A stretch of DNA of 64,000 nt from Zootoca vivipara. Lineage: Eukaryota. Shown here in pieces: positions 12,562 through 24,935 of the stretch. The translations under genes were made by a program, and so were the position numbers. Below the pieces are notes generated by a model, which worked only from the letters and a program-made list of their open reading frames with translations, searched no databases and was not told the DNA's origin. Numbering within the stretch: position 1 is the first letter of the stretch; every line of letters begins with the position of its first letter. The DNA lies in the NCBI RefSeq assembly GCF_963506605.1, contig NC_083288.1, forward strand, positions 29,016,001-29,080,000, given 5' to 3'.

Positions 12562-13335
12562 TTGCATGTGGAGACCTTTTAACCAGGCCTAGAAATAAAT
12601 TCAGACAGGACTGAAATTTTGGTTTGGTTTTTGGCAGAATTTAGGCCACAACTTTATTGATTACAAATCAAGTGAGTGGTTGCATAGGCTCTGGTTCGAC
12701 TAGCTACCTGCAGCCCGGCAGGCAGCGCTAACTCTGGGCACCAACCATAAGTCAGCCTAGGGTGAACACCTGGGACAGAGGCGAGCAGGGATGTCTGCCA
12801 TGCCTCCACACAGATGTGCCCTGAACTCAGGCTCAGAGCACAACCCCGCACGGGGAAGACCAACCATGAGTCCTTGGATTCCTTCTTAAAGGAATACCCA
12901 ACACATAGGGATAGCTAGGCATCCTGCCACCCCTATCCAGAAGAACCAGTGCCTATCCGCAACCTTACAAGTTGTGATGATTTGCTATGCAGCAGGCGAA
13001 ACCCAAATGGCCCCAACCAATCAGCCAAGTGGGGAAAATTCCTGCCGTGCCCCTGTCCCAACAACAGGTGACACACAACAGGCGACACCCTAGATATAGG
13101 GAGAGGTGGGCGGGTGTTCCGATGCACTGTACCCGAAAGGGGAAGCTCAGGGCACGTGCATCAGTTTAAGTAGTAGTTACTCAAACTGCTTTGACTGGCA
13201 TCCCGCTAGCCCAATTGCTCCCAAGTTTGAGAGACCACCTATAGGGTGTTGTGGCTGCTCCAATGTTCCCACCCACAACACAAGGCCTGATTGCCAGGTC
13301 TCACTGCAACACATGCCCTCCGTGAGGACCCGATT
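12562..13335 (-). mobile_element. LTR-like non-coding repeat, copy C (tail-to-tail with copy B)
   Basis: Reverse-complement homology to copy A along its length; ends CACATGCAA at 12562. Confidence 0.72.
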
Positions 13336-14619
13336 AAAGGCCAACTAGCATATCCTCCTATGTTTAACCATAGAACACTTAAAAAGAAACAGAAAATTTT
13401 TCCCATGTAAGAAATACTGTGCTGTGTTGTGAATCATGATAAAAAGGAAATATGTTTTAAAAATGGCGCAAAAGCCAGTTGTTGATTGCTTCAAAACATG
13501 GCTGGTTTTAAATCCTTAAGTATTATTTTAATGCATTCCATTTACATGTAATTATGCTGAAAAACTGGAAGTTCTATAGAGATGTGATTTGTTTAAATAT
13601 TTTATTATTTTTATTTTTATTTTTAAAGATAGAAAAAACAACTAGAAATAGCTAGAGGCAATTTTGACGATGGATGCAATGGCCAGAACCAATCACTGAG
13701 CCATGGTATCTAAACAGTTTACAGGTGCTCTAGGTAAAAGGTAAAATGTTTTTTTTATTAGGGTGAGGCAAGGAAGGCCATCATTAATATCTGCCATCCC
13801 TGGGCATCACCCTACCCTACTCCCCCCCAAAAAACAACCTCTTAGAGTGCAAACTATGCAGGTACTGCACTGGATATTCATTTTGTAAGAAACAACTTTC
13901 CCATTTTTAATGTTTGCACCCAATGAATGATGGCATAGTAGTGATTAACAATTTTGGAAATCTATCCAAATAGACAAAATGAAGTCAATGGGTATATCAT
14001 TCTGGGGAAGAAACTTCCAAATTCATGATCAAGCCATTTTGTTTGTTTTCTGCTAGTGGAGAAGTTACTGTTGTCCCAGAGAAAGAAATGGTTCATTTTC
14101 TTTTGAGTGACAAAAATAACACACATAGCTGCAAACAAGCAAGCAAGCAAGCAAACAAACAAACAAACAAACACAGGCAACAGGAAAAAACAATTTAGAT
14201 AAAATTGCTATACAATGTTGTGGTGATTCTGAGATTTAATCTGAAATCAAGCTTGATTTGAATTGTGTCTCTAGTAACTGCTTTCAATAAACCAATCATT
14301 TGCATAGCTCTGTGTGAAGAGTATTTTTGTTGATAGGCACATGTCTGGAACAACACACAGTTTGACTCTATGCACAAAGTTTCAGTACTCTCATAGAAAG
14401 GTGTTTCATAGAATTATATGTGGGGTAGACACACCTAGGGATATCCAAATGCACATGTAAAGTGTGTGTGTGTGTGTGTGTACGCGCACAAACAGAAATC
14501 TTACTCCAGTCATCTGCAACTCTCTTAACAACTAGACTATCTACTGCTAAAATCTAGGCCAACTAATACAGATTTTATTTATTTATTTCCCTTTCCCCTT
14601 CACATCTGAGCTATGTTAA

Positions 14620-15558
14620 TCACCTGTGCAATACTTTTCTTATCACCTCCCTCACCTCTTTATTTCTTAGTGTATAGATGAAAGGATTCAAAAGCGGCAC
14701 CACAATAAGATTGAAGATGCTCACAACTTTGGTCCGTTCTAATGAGGTCTGTTTAGATGGCTTTACAAACAGGAAGATAGTGGAGCCATACCAAATAATC
14801 ACCACAGCAAGATGTGAGGAACATGTGGAAAAGGCTTTTTGTCGTCCTTTTTTGGAGGGGATGCGTAGGATGGTGAGGATAATGTAAACATAGGAAAGAA
14901 GGGTTGTCACACAGGAGCCTACAATGACAAATATAGCTATGAAGAAAGCTGTTATCTCAAGAAAGTGGGTGTCTGTGCAGGAAAGAACTATCCAGGAATC
15001 TATGTTGCAATAGAAATTATTGATAACATTGGGGCCACAGAAAGACAATGTTGTGAGCAGATAGGTTGGTATACACATAGCAAGGAATCCACCAAGCCAA
15101 CAACCTCCTGCCAACTTGCTAGAAAGATGAATGTCCATTATGGTGCTGTAATGAAGGGGGAAACATATGGCCACATATCGATCATAAGCCATGATGGCTA
15201 TTAGGAAATGCTCTGTGCACCCAAAGGAAAAAACAAAGTACATCTGCAAAATGCAACCTGTAAAAGAGATGCTTCTGCTTCTTCCGAGGAACACAGCCAG
15301 GATCTTTGGGATAGAGGCTGTTGTGTACCATATTTCCAAGAAAGAGAGATTGCAAAGAAAGAAATACATGGGAGTATGGAGACGGCGATTAGTTACTATT
15401 AGGAGGATAATAGAGAAATTTCCCAAAATGGTCAAGATGTACATATTTAAAAAGATGATGAAGATTGTTAGCTGGAAATGTGAAGACCCAGGGAAGCCAA
15501 GCAGAATGAATTCCATCACTCTTGATTTATTTTGTTCTTCTTTGTTACTTTCTCCCAT
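14620..15558 (-). CDS. Olfactory receptor, family 6, OR6F1-like (312 aa)
   Basis: ATG at 15558 follows a splice acceptor (tttcagcag, ~15581); LHTPMYFFLCNLSFLEIWYTT, QMYFVFSFGCTE, MAYDRYVAICFPLHY, KAFSTCSSHL, IWYGSTIFL, PLLNPFIYTLRN. Confidence 0.93.
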   Translation of the reverse strand: MGESNKEEQNKSRVMEFILLGFPGSSHFQLTIFIIFLNMYILTILGNFSIILLIVTNRRLHTPMYFFLCNLSFLEIWYTTASIPKILAVFLGRSRSISFTGCILQMYFVFSFGCTEHFLIAIMAYDRYVAICFPLHYSTIMDIHLSSKLAGGCWLGGFLAMCIPTYLLTTLSFCGPNVINNFYCNIDSWIVLSCTDTHFLEITAFFIAIFVIVGSCVTTLLSYVYIILTILRIPSKKGRQKAFSTCSSHLAVVIIWYGSTIFLFVKPSKQTSLERTKVVSIFNLIVVPLLNPFIYTLRNKEVREVIRKVLHR

Positions 15559-15924
15559 CTCTTCCTCTTCTTTTTTTAACCTGCTGAAACACAATTCTGA
15601 ATGAATATGCAGAACATTTCTCTTTACCCTCAATATGAATATTACAGACAATCCATGCACAAAGTTGGTAGAATTTACTTCAATTGGGGTTTTTTTTTTT
15701 GTTTGTTTCTTTAAAAAATCTAGACCACCACCCAAAATGAACCCCCAGCATTGCTAATATAAAAACTGACATGATTTTTTAAAATTATATCTACATTTTG
15801 CGAGACAAGGTTACCAGAACAATATCCAGTATCCTACTAGTATTTAAAACTAGGGATCTGTTACTTTAATATGAGAAAGAAACAGAGAGAAACCAAAATG
15901 GACAGATTTGATTATTCCTACTCC

Positions 15925-15964
<40 letters not shown>

Positions 15965-16100
15965 TTATTATTTATACCCCACCCATCTGGCTGGGTTCCC
16001 CCAGCCACTCTGGATGGCTTCCAACAAAATATTAAAGTACAGAAATTCATCAAACATTAAAAGCTTCCCTAAACAGGGCTGCCTTGAGATGCCTTCTTGT
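15925..16100 (-). mobile_element. L2 3' end with (TAA)n
   Basis: Homologous to 22488-22680. Confidence 0.75.
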
Positions 16101-19042
16101 GATCCAACCAACTGAACACAGACCACCAAGCTTGCCTGAATGGTGCCTATGTGCCCATGGGAGCGTAGCAAAAACCCCTTTTTGCTAAGTGCTTGGAGCT
16201 CATAGAGTTAGGAACTTGCCCTGCATCTTAAGACAGGCTCCAGCAGATTGAATGGATGATACCAATAATGGGTCCAATGGTCAAATAAGGAGGTTTCTCC
16301 ATGTGCTGTAGAGAGAAGTGAGGAGCAGATGGGGCTCATTTACCTGAGAAGGTATCCCTCTAGGATAGGGAAAACTCTGATCCTAAACCTCCACTGTATT
16401 GTGGGCTATCTTCAGGAGACGAAAAGGCTAAGGAGTGAACCCTACCCAAATCTGGAGCCCATAAGACATTAGAATGGTTCCTTGTGTGTCTCCTTCTGGC
16501 AACTCATGCAGCCAAGCTGGTGCCAAACATATTGCTCTGCTTTCCCTTGGACCACATTAGCGATCCTCCCAACTTCTCTCTTTGCCCTTCCCCAGACTAG
16601 ACTCCTCATTATCCCTGCTCTGTTCCTTCCTTGAGTGCTTTTGCCTATCTGGAATGTGTCCTTCAGCTATCTTAATGGATGGAGGGTGAAGATACCGTAC
16701 GTGAGGAGCAGATTCCTTGCAGAAGCCTCAGGCTTTTGCATGGCTAGAATGTATTGCAATAGTAAGAGTCCCATCTGCTGTTTCTTTCCCCTTTGTCTCT
16801 AGTTTCACCCTTTTCTGGCATGTACCGGTAGCTCTCTCATATTGCAAAGAACTGCAGCCCTTGGGCTGAGAAAAGTCCCCCTGCTCTGATTTATTTTATT
16901 ATTATTACTGGCAGGGAAAGCTACAGGCCAGTTGTTCAAAGTACAGTGGTATTTTTCCATTTGATGAATTGCTGATCACAAATGCATTTAATATTTAAAA
17001 ACTGTCAGTAAAAATAAGTAAAGAAAGCCACTTCACAGATATTTATTGCATCATCCTTTCCACACACAGACAATATCACTTTGAATTGTCATAGCAACCC
17101 ACTCACCCATCCTATAATTCACACATACTGTATACATTTTCAGTCTCTCAGTCATCAGCTACTTTATATTTATTACATCCCTCATTGTTTCTACTCACAG
17201 AGTCTAAAACCAAACCAGGAAAGCCCTTCTAAGCACCTGAGATACAGACAGCTGAGCAAGGTATATTTATATCATTGACACAACCAGAGCTTCCCTTTAC
17301 ATTTTATCTCCAAGGAATTCATGCAAAATGTTCTCAAGCAATTATGCAATAGATCCCCTCCAAGGATATTTCATATTTGTGTAGTCAATTCTCTCCATGC
17401 TTTTGGATTTGGATTGCAATGCTAACTCAAATTTCAATATGAAATTTCAATTTCTAAGAAAGAATAATGAAAATGCCTGGTGTTAAATTAAACACCACTA
17501 CAGGTATAAATAACAAGTACTCAAATTGGATTTTCTAAAATTGTTGTTGCTGCTGCTGCTGTGCTGTTTTGTTTTATCATTATTCCATTTATATCTCACC
17601 TTTCCTCCAATAAGCTCAAGATTTTGTACATGCTTCTTTCCCTTCCTATTTTATCCTAAGAGCAATCCAGTGACATAGGTCAGCTGGAGAGAGCATGGCT
17701 GGCTCAAGGTCACACTGTGGGCCTCATGGCTGAGTAGTGCAACACTTGAACCATGACACCACGCTTGCTCCCTCAGATGGATGCAAACTGCATGCAGCCC
17801 ATTGGTTCAGCATTTTTGAACCTGCACTTTCGTTTTCCCATGGCCCTTTTTCTATTTTACATATACCACCCTTCCTCTATACTTGAGCACAGGATAGCTA
17901 ACAACACACAATCCGTAGAATGATCTTAAAACTGCACTTCATTTTTTTAAATAAATAAATAAATCCCCAAATAATAATAAAAATATAAAAAGACCACCCA
18001 TGAAACAAACCCCATACCCAAAAGAATGTCCCATTTTCACTGCCACTGGTGGCACATCTATCACCACATAGTTTTTTGTAGGTGGACTGGGGGAGCTACT
18101 GGTGGCATAGGTATGTATGTAATTGAGAACATCTTATTTTTACTGAATGTAAGAGAACATATTATTCTGCTCCGGGGAGTCAAAAATTGGCAAATGACCT
18201 GAATCAGTTTTATAGCAAAGTCAAGCATTATCAACTAGAGCAATTCACTCGGCGCCAGAGGCACCAACAACCACCTCAACCTGTTCTGAAGTCACTACAG
18301 GGACAGAAGGCAAAAGGTCCTGGTGCAGTTGGAGTGGCTCCTCTTTGTTTGAAATAGTGTTCTGCACACTACGATCCTCACACAGATATTTAACAGATAT
18401 TTTGTATAAAGTACATTTACATTGTAAAATTAGCCAAAGCAAATTCCAAGTATGTAAGTACTTGGCGAATAAATTTCTGTTCTATTCTATTCTATTCTTA
18501 GAATGCGAGCCCAGGGCTAGTGGTGAGTCTGCCCCAGAGTCCCAGCACTCCGGTGTGCACATTCCTGGCTGCCGGTTAGAACCGTCCAGTGGCACGGTGA
18601 TAAGCGACCGCCCTCCATGAGGCACAGCACACACAGGCAAGAAAGCGCCATGAAGTAGATCTATAACTACTTTATTAAAGCTATTTACAAAGTCCATTCT
18701 CTGCTACCCAGCTCATAAACTGAGAGCTGTGCATTTTGCTTCCAGCTCCTCTGAGACCAGAAATGAAAGTAAAAAGAACACAATAACATCACATGGAAGA
18801 AAGGAGATAAACACACACTTCCTTTCTCACAGTAAGATCTCAGAAACGCAAGCCAGACCTCGCTGGAGCGGCTCAGTGTACAAATATCATAACAGTAATA
18901 CCACATCCAAGAGCCTTTTAAGTCAGTCTTTCACGAGTTTTAGGATTGAACCCTTAGTTTGTTTCATTTGTTAATTAAAAAAAACACACCACAGAAATTA
19001 GAGTTTTGTTTCCCCAGGCAGGTGCATATTTGTGGCTCATGT

Positions 19043-19430
19043 GTGTTGCGGAAATAATACAAAATGAACACCAGTTTTGGGTAAAATCAAGCCATAACTT
19101 TGTTGACTAAACAGTATGTGGAGGTAGTATGGCAGCAGGGTGAGGATCAAGTCTTTATTCCACTCAGCTTCTGCTGATGGAATGGCATTCCTTTCAAGAT
19201 GGGAAGTACAACCCCTCCCTCACCTTGGGAGTTGCCCGGTACTGAACTCATGTATCAGTGTTTAGCTCAGTACTGAACCAAGCATCCGGGGTCCCACTAG
19301 GGAACCCAGCGAGATATTCCAGGAAGGCAGAGGGCCTACCAGAGCTTAGGGTGTTCCTTGAGCCACTCCTCCAGCTACGGCCCCACTTACCAGGCTGTCA
19401 AATGCCATTCCCACCCTAACTTGTGACACA
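19043..19430 (-). mobile_element. Probable partial 3' half of the same LTR-like family
   Basis: GCCATAACTTTGTTG resembles the reverse complement of AATAAAGTTGTGGC; terminal CCGCAA. Confidence 0.4.
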
Positions 19431-19534
19431 GTTTGCAATCCCCTACCATAATGAAGTATTTTACTGAAGGAAAGGTGGAGAAAACTCCAAACAGTGGCTG
19501 ATTGTGGTTGGGAGGAAATGGTTGGGAGGAAAAC

Positions 19535-20508
19535 CACAGGGTTCTGTCTTGGGCCCAGTCTTGTTCAACATCTTTATCAATGACTTGGATGATGGGCTTG
19601 AGGGAATCCTGAGCAAGTTTGCAGATGACACCAAGTTGGGAGGGGTGGCTAACACCCCAGAGGACAGGATCACACTTCAGAATGACCTTAACAGATTAGA
19701 CAACTGGGCCAAAGCAAACAAGATGAATTTTAACAAGGAGAAATGTAAAGTACTACACTTGGGCAAAAAAAATGAAAGGCACAAATGCAGGATGGGAGAC
19801 ACCTGGCTTGAGAGCAGTGCATGTGAAAAGGATCTAGGAGTTTTGGTTGACCACAAACTTGACATGAGTCAGCAGTGTGATGCAGCAGCTAAAAAAGCCA
19901 ATGCAATTCTGGGCTGCATCAATAGGAGTATAGCATCTAGATCAAGGGAAGTAATAGTACCACTGTATTCTGCTCTGGTCAGACCTCACCTGGAGTATTG
20001 TGTCCAGTTCTGGGCACCACAGTTCAAGAAGGATACTGATAAGCTGGAACGTGTCCAGAAGAGGGCAACCAAAATGGTCAAAGGCCTGGAAACGATGCCT
20101 TATGAGGAACGGCTTAGGGAGCTGGGTATGTTTAGCCTGGAGAAGAGAAGGTTAAGGGGTGATATGATAACCATGTTCAAATATATAAAAGGATGTCATA
20201 TAAAGGAGGGAGAAAGGTTGTTTTCTGCTGCTCCAGAGAAGCGGACACGGAGCAACGGATTCAAACTACAAGAAAGAAAATTCCACCTAAACATTAGGAA
20301 GAACTTCCTGACAGTAAGAGCTGTTCGGCAGTGGAATTTGCTGCCAAGGAGTGTGGTGGAGTCTCCTTCTTTGGAGGTCTTTAAGCAGAGGCTTGACAGC
20401 CATCTGTCAGGAATGCTTTGATGGTGTTTCCTGCTTGGCAGGGGGTTGGACTGGATGGCCCTTGTGGTCTCTTCCAACTCTATGATTCTATGATTCTATG
20501 ATTCTATG
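19535..20508 (+). mobile_element. 5'-truncated CR1 LINE (C-terminal RT ORF still open)
   Basis: [37 protein letters not shown]; 3' (ATTCTATG)n tail. Confidence 0.93.
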
Positions 20509-20581
20509 AAAACAATCATATCTGGTCATGTCAACCAGTGACCCAAGTAGCCCAGTGCAGCTTTAATACGGAGGAGTTGTG

Positions 20582-20713
20582 NNNNNNNNNNNNNNNNNNN
20601 NNNNNNNNNNNNNNNNNNNNNNNNNNNNNNNNNNNNNNNNNNNNNNNNNNNNNNNNNNNNNNNNNNNNNNNNNNNNNNNNNNNNNNNNNNNNNNNNNNNN
20701 NNNNNNNNNNNNN
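20582..20713. other. Assembly gap (132 N)
   Basis: Run of N. Confidence 1.
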
Positions 20714-21652
20714 GGGTTGCTCCACTTCCAAGCCACAAGGTAAGCAGCTGTTCACTTCTAGTAAACAGGTTTGACATGGTTTTCACATGGTTTTCAAGTT
20801 GGAAGCAAATTTAATCAGTGATGGTGTTGGTATATGTAAAGAAGAGTATGCCCATGGGATGTTAAGATCCTGCCAAATATTTAAAACTTGTCTGCAGAAT
20901 GCCATAGAGATTTATGGAATGTTTTTTACTTCTGTGACTGGTTTCCTTCAATGGTCTCAAAGCAAAATGGCTGTGAGCTCCAGGGGAAGCAGGCTTATAC
21001 AGGCTTTTTCCTCCCTTCTTCAGCAAGGGCTCACGGGACGGCTTTTCCCCATGAGCCCATCACACAGAGAAGATATTGGGCAGAACCTTACCCAGTATTT
21101 TGCTGCAATCTATGGGCCACAGCACCGCTGGGCAAAGGTGTCCCATGCTTACTGGGCACGGAACCAGACATGGAAAGGAGTAGGGGGAAATATGGATTTG
21201 GAGCTGATTTGGGATCCAGCAGACCCTAGGTCACACTCTCCTGTGCCCTCTTTGGTGGTTTCCCACTGTCTAAGACTTCTGCTAGAGATATCACTTCTTC
21301 CACCAGCCAATTGTTTGAGTGAGTAAACTGGTGTGATCCTTACTGGCAGAGCCAGACAGGTCTGGGAAGCGACCTCAAAAAAGCTTCCAGCTTGGTGGAT
21401 TAGGGATGTAGATTGCTCTGCCTCTCCTCAGCAACTATGCATAAGTTTGCATGGCAAGCTTGTTTCCTCCTATTAATTAAACATTAAAATTATCTCAAAA
21501 ATGATAGCAAAACCTCTGGGGCAGAACAACTAAATCACTCATGCACTTATGCTATTTGCAGGCACACTGGGGGTGGAAATGGTTGCCGTAATCCAACATG
21601 TCTTTCACACTTTTTATCTATTTGGGTTTTGGGGAGAACTAAGTGGAAACAA

Positions 21653-21993
21653 GGGACGCGGGTGGTGCTGTGGGTTAAACCACAGAGCCTAGGGCTTGCT
21701 GATCAGAAGGTCAGTGGTTCGAATCCCTGTGACAGGGTGAGCTCCGGTTGCTCGGTCCCAGCTCCTGCCAACCTAGCAGTTCGAAAGCACGTCAAAGTGC
21801 AAGTAGATAAATAGGGAAGGTAAACAGCGTTTCTGTGCACTGCTCTGGTTCGCCAGAAGAGGCTTTGTCATGCTGGCCACATGACCTGGAAGCTGTACGC
21901 CGGCTCCCTTGGCCAATAACGCGAGATGAGTGCCGCAACCCCAGAGTCGGTCACGGCTGGACCTAATGGTCAGGGGTCCCTTTACCTTTACCT
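21653..21993 (+). mobile_element. Sauria SINE
   Basis: TSD TAAGTGGAAACAA; (ACCTTT)n tail. Confidence 0.88.
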
Positions 21994-22485
21994 TAAGTGG
22001 AAACAAAGTTGGTTTCTTTCCATTTTGGTACCTCTCAGTTTCTCATTGTTTCCAATCTTCTCCACATTTCATTATCACCTTGTCATGATGATGATGATTT
22101 TAGAAAGTCACCCAGTGAACCATTTCTGCTCTGACTGCAATTGAGAGATTTAAAGGGCAGCAAAATAAAAGTGTATATTCCATTCAGGAGATACTGGGTT
22201 CTGCCTGCTGCTTAGAGATCTCTTATCTACAAAAAGAGATCTTGATCACTCAAGAAGAACAATAGATAAAGCAGCAGGGATGAGCAGGTCAGTTCCTATG
22301 GCTTGGTGGGCCACATCAGGGCATGAGCTTTGAGTTAGCCACCCCTACCTTAAACTGACCTCCCCCTCCCTGCAAAAAAAAACCCCCTCTAAAATTATTT
22401 GCTTGACTATAATTTCTTTTTTCCTTCAGATATATCATGAATAATGATTGACTCCAGTGATGTTCCAGATGCACACAACATGTTC

Positions 22486-22487
<2 letters not shown>

Positions 22488-22539
<52 letters not shown>

Positions 22540-23118
22540 TTATTATTTATACCCCGCCCATCTGGCTGGGTTTCCCCAGCCACTCTGGGCGGCTTCCAAC
22601 AGAAAAATGAAATAAAATAATCTATTAAACATTAAAAGCCTCCCTAAACAGGGCTGCCTTCAGATGTCTTCTAAAAATCTGGTAGCTGTTTTTCTCTTTG
22701 ACATCTGATGGGAGGGCGTTCCACAGGGCAGGCGCCACCACCGAGAAGGCCCTCTTCCTGGTTCCCTGCAACTTGGCTTCTCACAACGAGGGAACCGCCA
22801 GAAGGCCCTTGGTGCTGGACCTCAATGTCCGGGCAGAACGATGGGGGTGGAGACGCTCCTTCAGGTATACTGGACCGAGGCCATTTAGGGCTTTAAAGGT
22901 CAGCACCAACACTTTGAACTGTGCTCGGAAACGTACTGGGAGCCAATGTAGATATTTCAAGACCGGTGTTATGTGGTCTCGGTGGCCGCTCCCAGTTACC
23001 AGTCTAGCTGCCGCATTCTGGATAAGTTGTAGTTTCCAGGTCACCTTCAAAGGTAGCCCCACGGAGAGCGCATTGCAGTAGTCCAAGTGGGAGATAGCCA
23101 GAGCATGCACCACCATCA
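22488..23118 (-). mobile_element. L2 LINE 3' fragment with (TTA)n tail
   Basis: LDYCNAL..GLP..KLQLIQNAAARL..HITPVL..LHWLPV; short flanking duplication CATGTTC. Confidence 0.88.
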
Positions 23119-24935
23119 TGTTCACACTTGATATCTACTTGTAATATACACACTTGTATATACATGTTCACACTTGTATATACTGTGTTTTTCTTGTTGC
23201 TTTTAACAGAGAGATATTGAAACAGAGTTTTGTCACTGTTAGTTGCTCAGGGATTTTTTTCCAGTTGAAGATGCTATACATAAATAAAGTTTGTGACTGC
23301 GTTTCTTCCTCTACCCTAGGGAGAAAAACCCATTCTCTCTGATCCAATACACCTGGCACATTAAAATAAGTAAATAAATACACAGACATTACTCCTGGGA
23401 CTTAATAATAAATCAAGCAGCACCCATTGTATTTACTCAAAGTGTATAAATTTATTGACTGCAGTCAGGAGAGAATTCCCAACAAAGATGCATAAAGGTT
23501 GAAACACATGGGATCAGAAACTAAAAGAATGTGTTGCAATGGATTAGCCAAGCACCATAAATTTTCAAGTGAGAATGCTTATTATTTAAATGCAAGAAAA
23601 CTCACAGATAACAATAAAAACTTTTTTTTATCTCCAATGAATGCAGTTTTTTCTTTAATTGTGGCACAGGGTTTTGAGGTCTTCATCAGCTTAATCAGAA
23701 CAATAGAAAGGTAAGTCAATTGTCCCTATTTTAAATCGCTTAGGGCACAATCCAGCCCGAATTAATGGAACTAAACTCTACTATTTCAATGACAGAAGTT
23801 TAGAGTGTTCAGAAGAAGGGAAATAAGTTGTAGCTGTAAACGGAATGGTTAATGTGTATAGATGTGGTAATAGGGATTTTCCCAAGAATTACCTTCTTTC
23901 AAATTTCTTCATGGGCTTTCCAATTAACTACTCTTGTTAATTGGAAATCAAACACAAAAATAAGTACCCACTCGCATGTACGGGCTCTGAACAATTGGGA
24001 CAACTGTATATTTTTTTCTATAATATGTGATCCCTTTTCCATGGGACCACACAAGATCACAGCAGAGAGAAATGACCCCCCACAAACAGTTTTCCACAAG
24101 ACCCGGCACTGCCACCTTCCCTTTTGGGTGCATAGTGGTCAGGACTGGGCGGAATTCTCTTGCCCCTTGTTAGACAGCAAAATAACACAAGCTTAAAGCC
24201 ATTTATAAAATCCTATTAAAGCCATCATTGTCACCATCCTAACACCAGGAAAACATTTATGAAAAACATTACAAATATAGCCCTCATTACTACAGTGTGC
24301 CATTGTAAGAATATGAAGCAAAGAAAAATCTCTGATAAATTTAATGGAAATAGAATTTTATTAATCAGTTGCAGGAATAGTAAATTTCAGGGGAACATAT
24401 ATTATTTTCATTAGTGTAAATCATGTTCCTGTGACAATTTATTTTTGTGTTGTTTGGTCTTTCTAATGTATTTATTTATTTTAATGATATTAATATGCCA
24501 AAGATTCAGAGTAAAAGAGAGTAATTTTGCAAACAGAAATCAAACCATCTTTCTGCCCTTCTGGAAGAAGACGCAGCATGTATTCTAGACACCCGCTAAT
24601 TCTAGGCTGAAGACCTGTAACAAAAGTGTATAGAAAATATAGGTGTAAAAATGGACAGCAGAATATAAACTGATATATGAACAGAAATCATTACAGTAAG
24701 ACATATTGATATCGTAAGAGAAGTAGTGATATTTCATTTGAGGAAGAAAACATTTTGAACTAAGCGCTATATTACTAACATCCTTGTACAATGAACTTTT
24801 GGCTTATATTTTTAATTGTTAATAGTTATTCTATGGAGAGCATTATTATTATTTCTTCATATAAGCGAGAGTATAAGAGCCACCATTTCCAATCACTAAG
24901 TTTTCATGAATGTTGTTTTGGCAGAAAAACACCTG

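Noticed and set aside
15559-15735. 59-aa N-terminal extension of the 371-aa OR ORF
   Set aside because: Non-ATG start; runs through a splice acceptor and poly-T intron sequence. The real start is most likely 15558.
20526-21326. ORFs spanning or next to the N gap, including a 179-aa ORF
   Set aside because: Gap artefacts or no recognisable domain; probably decayed repeat sequence.
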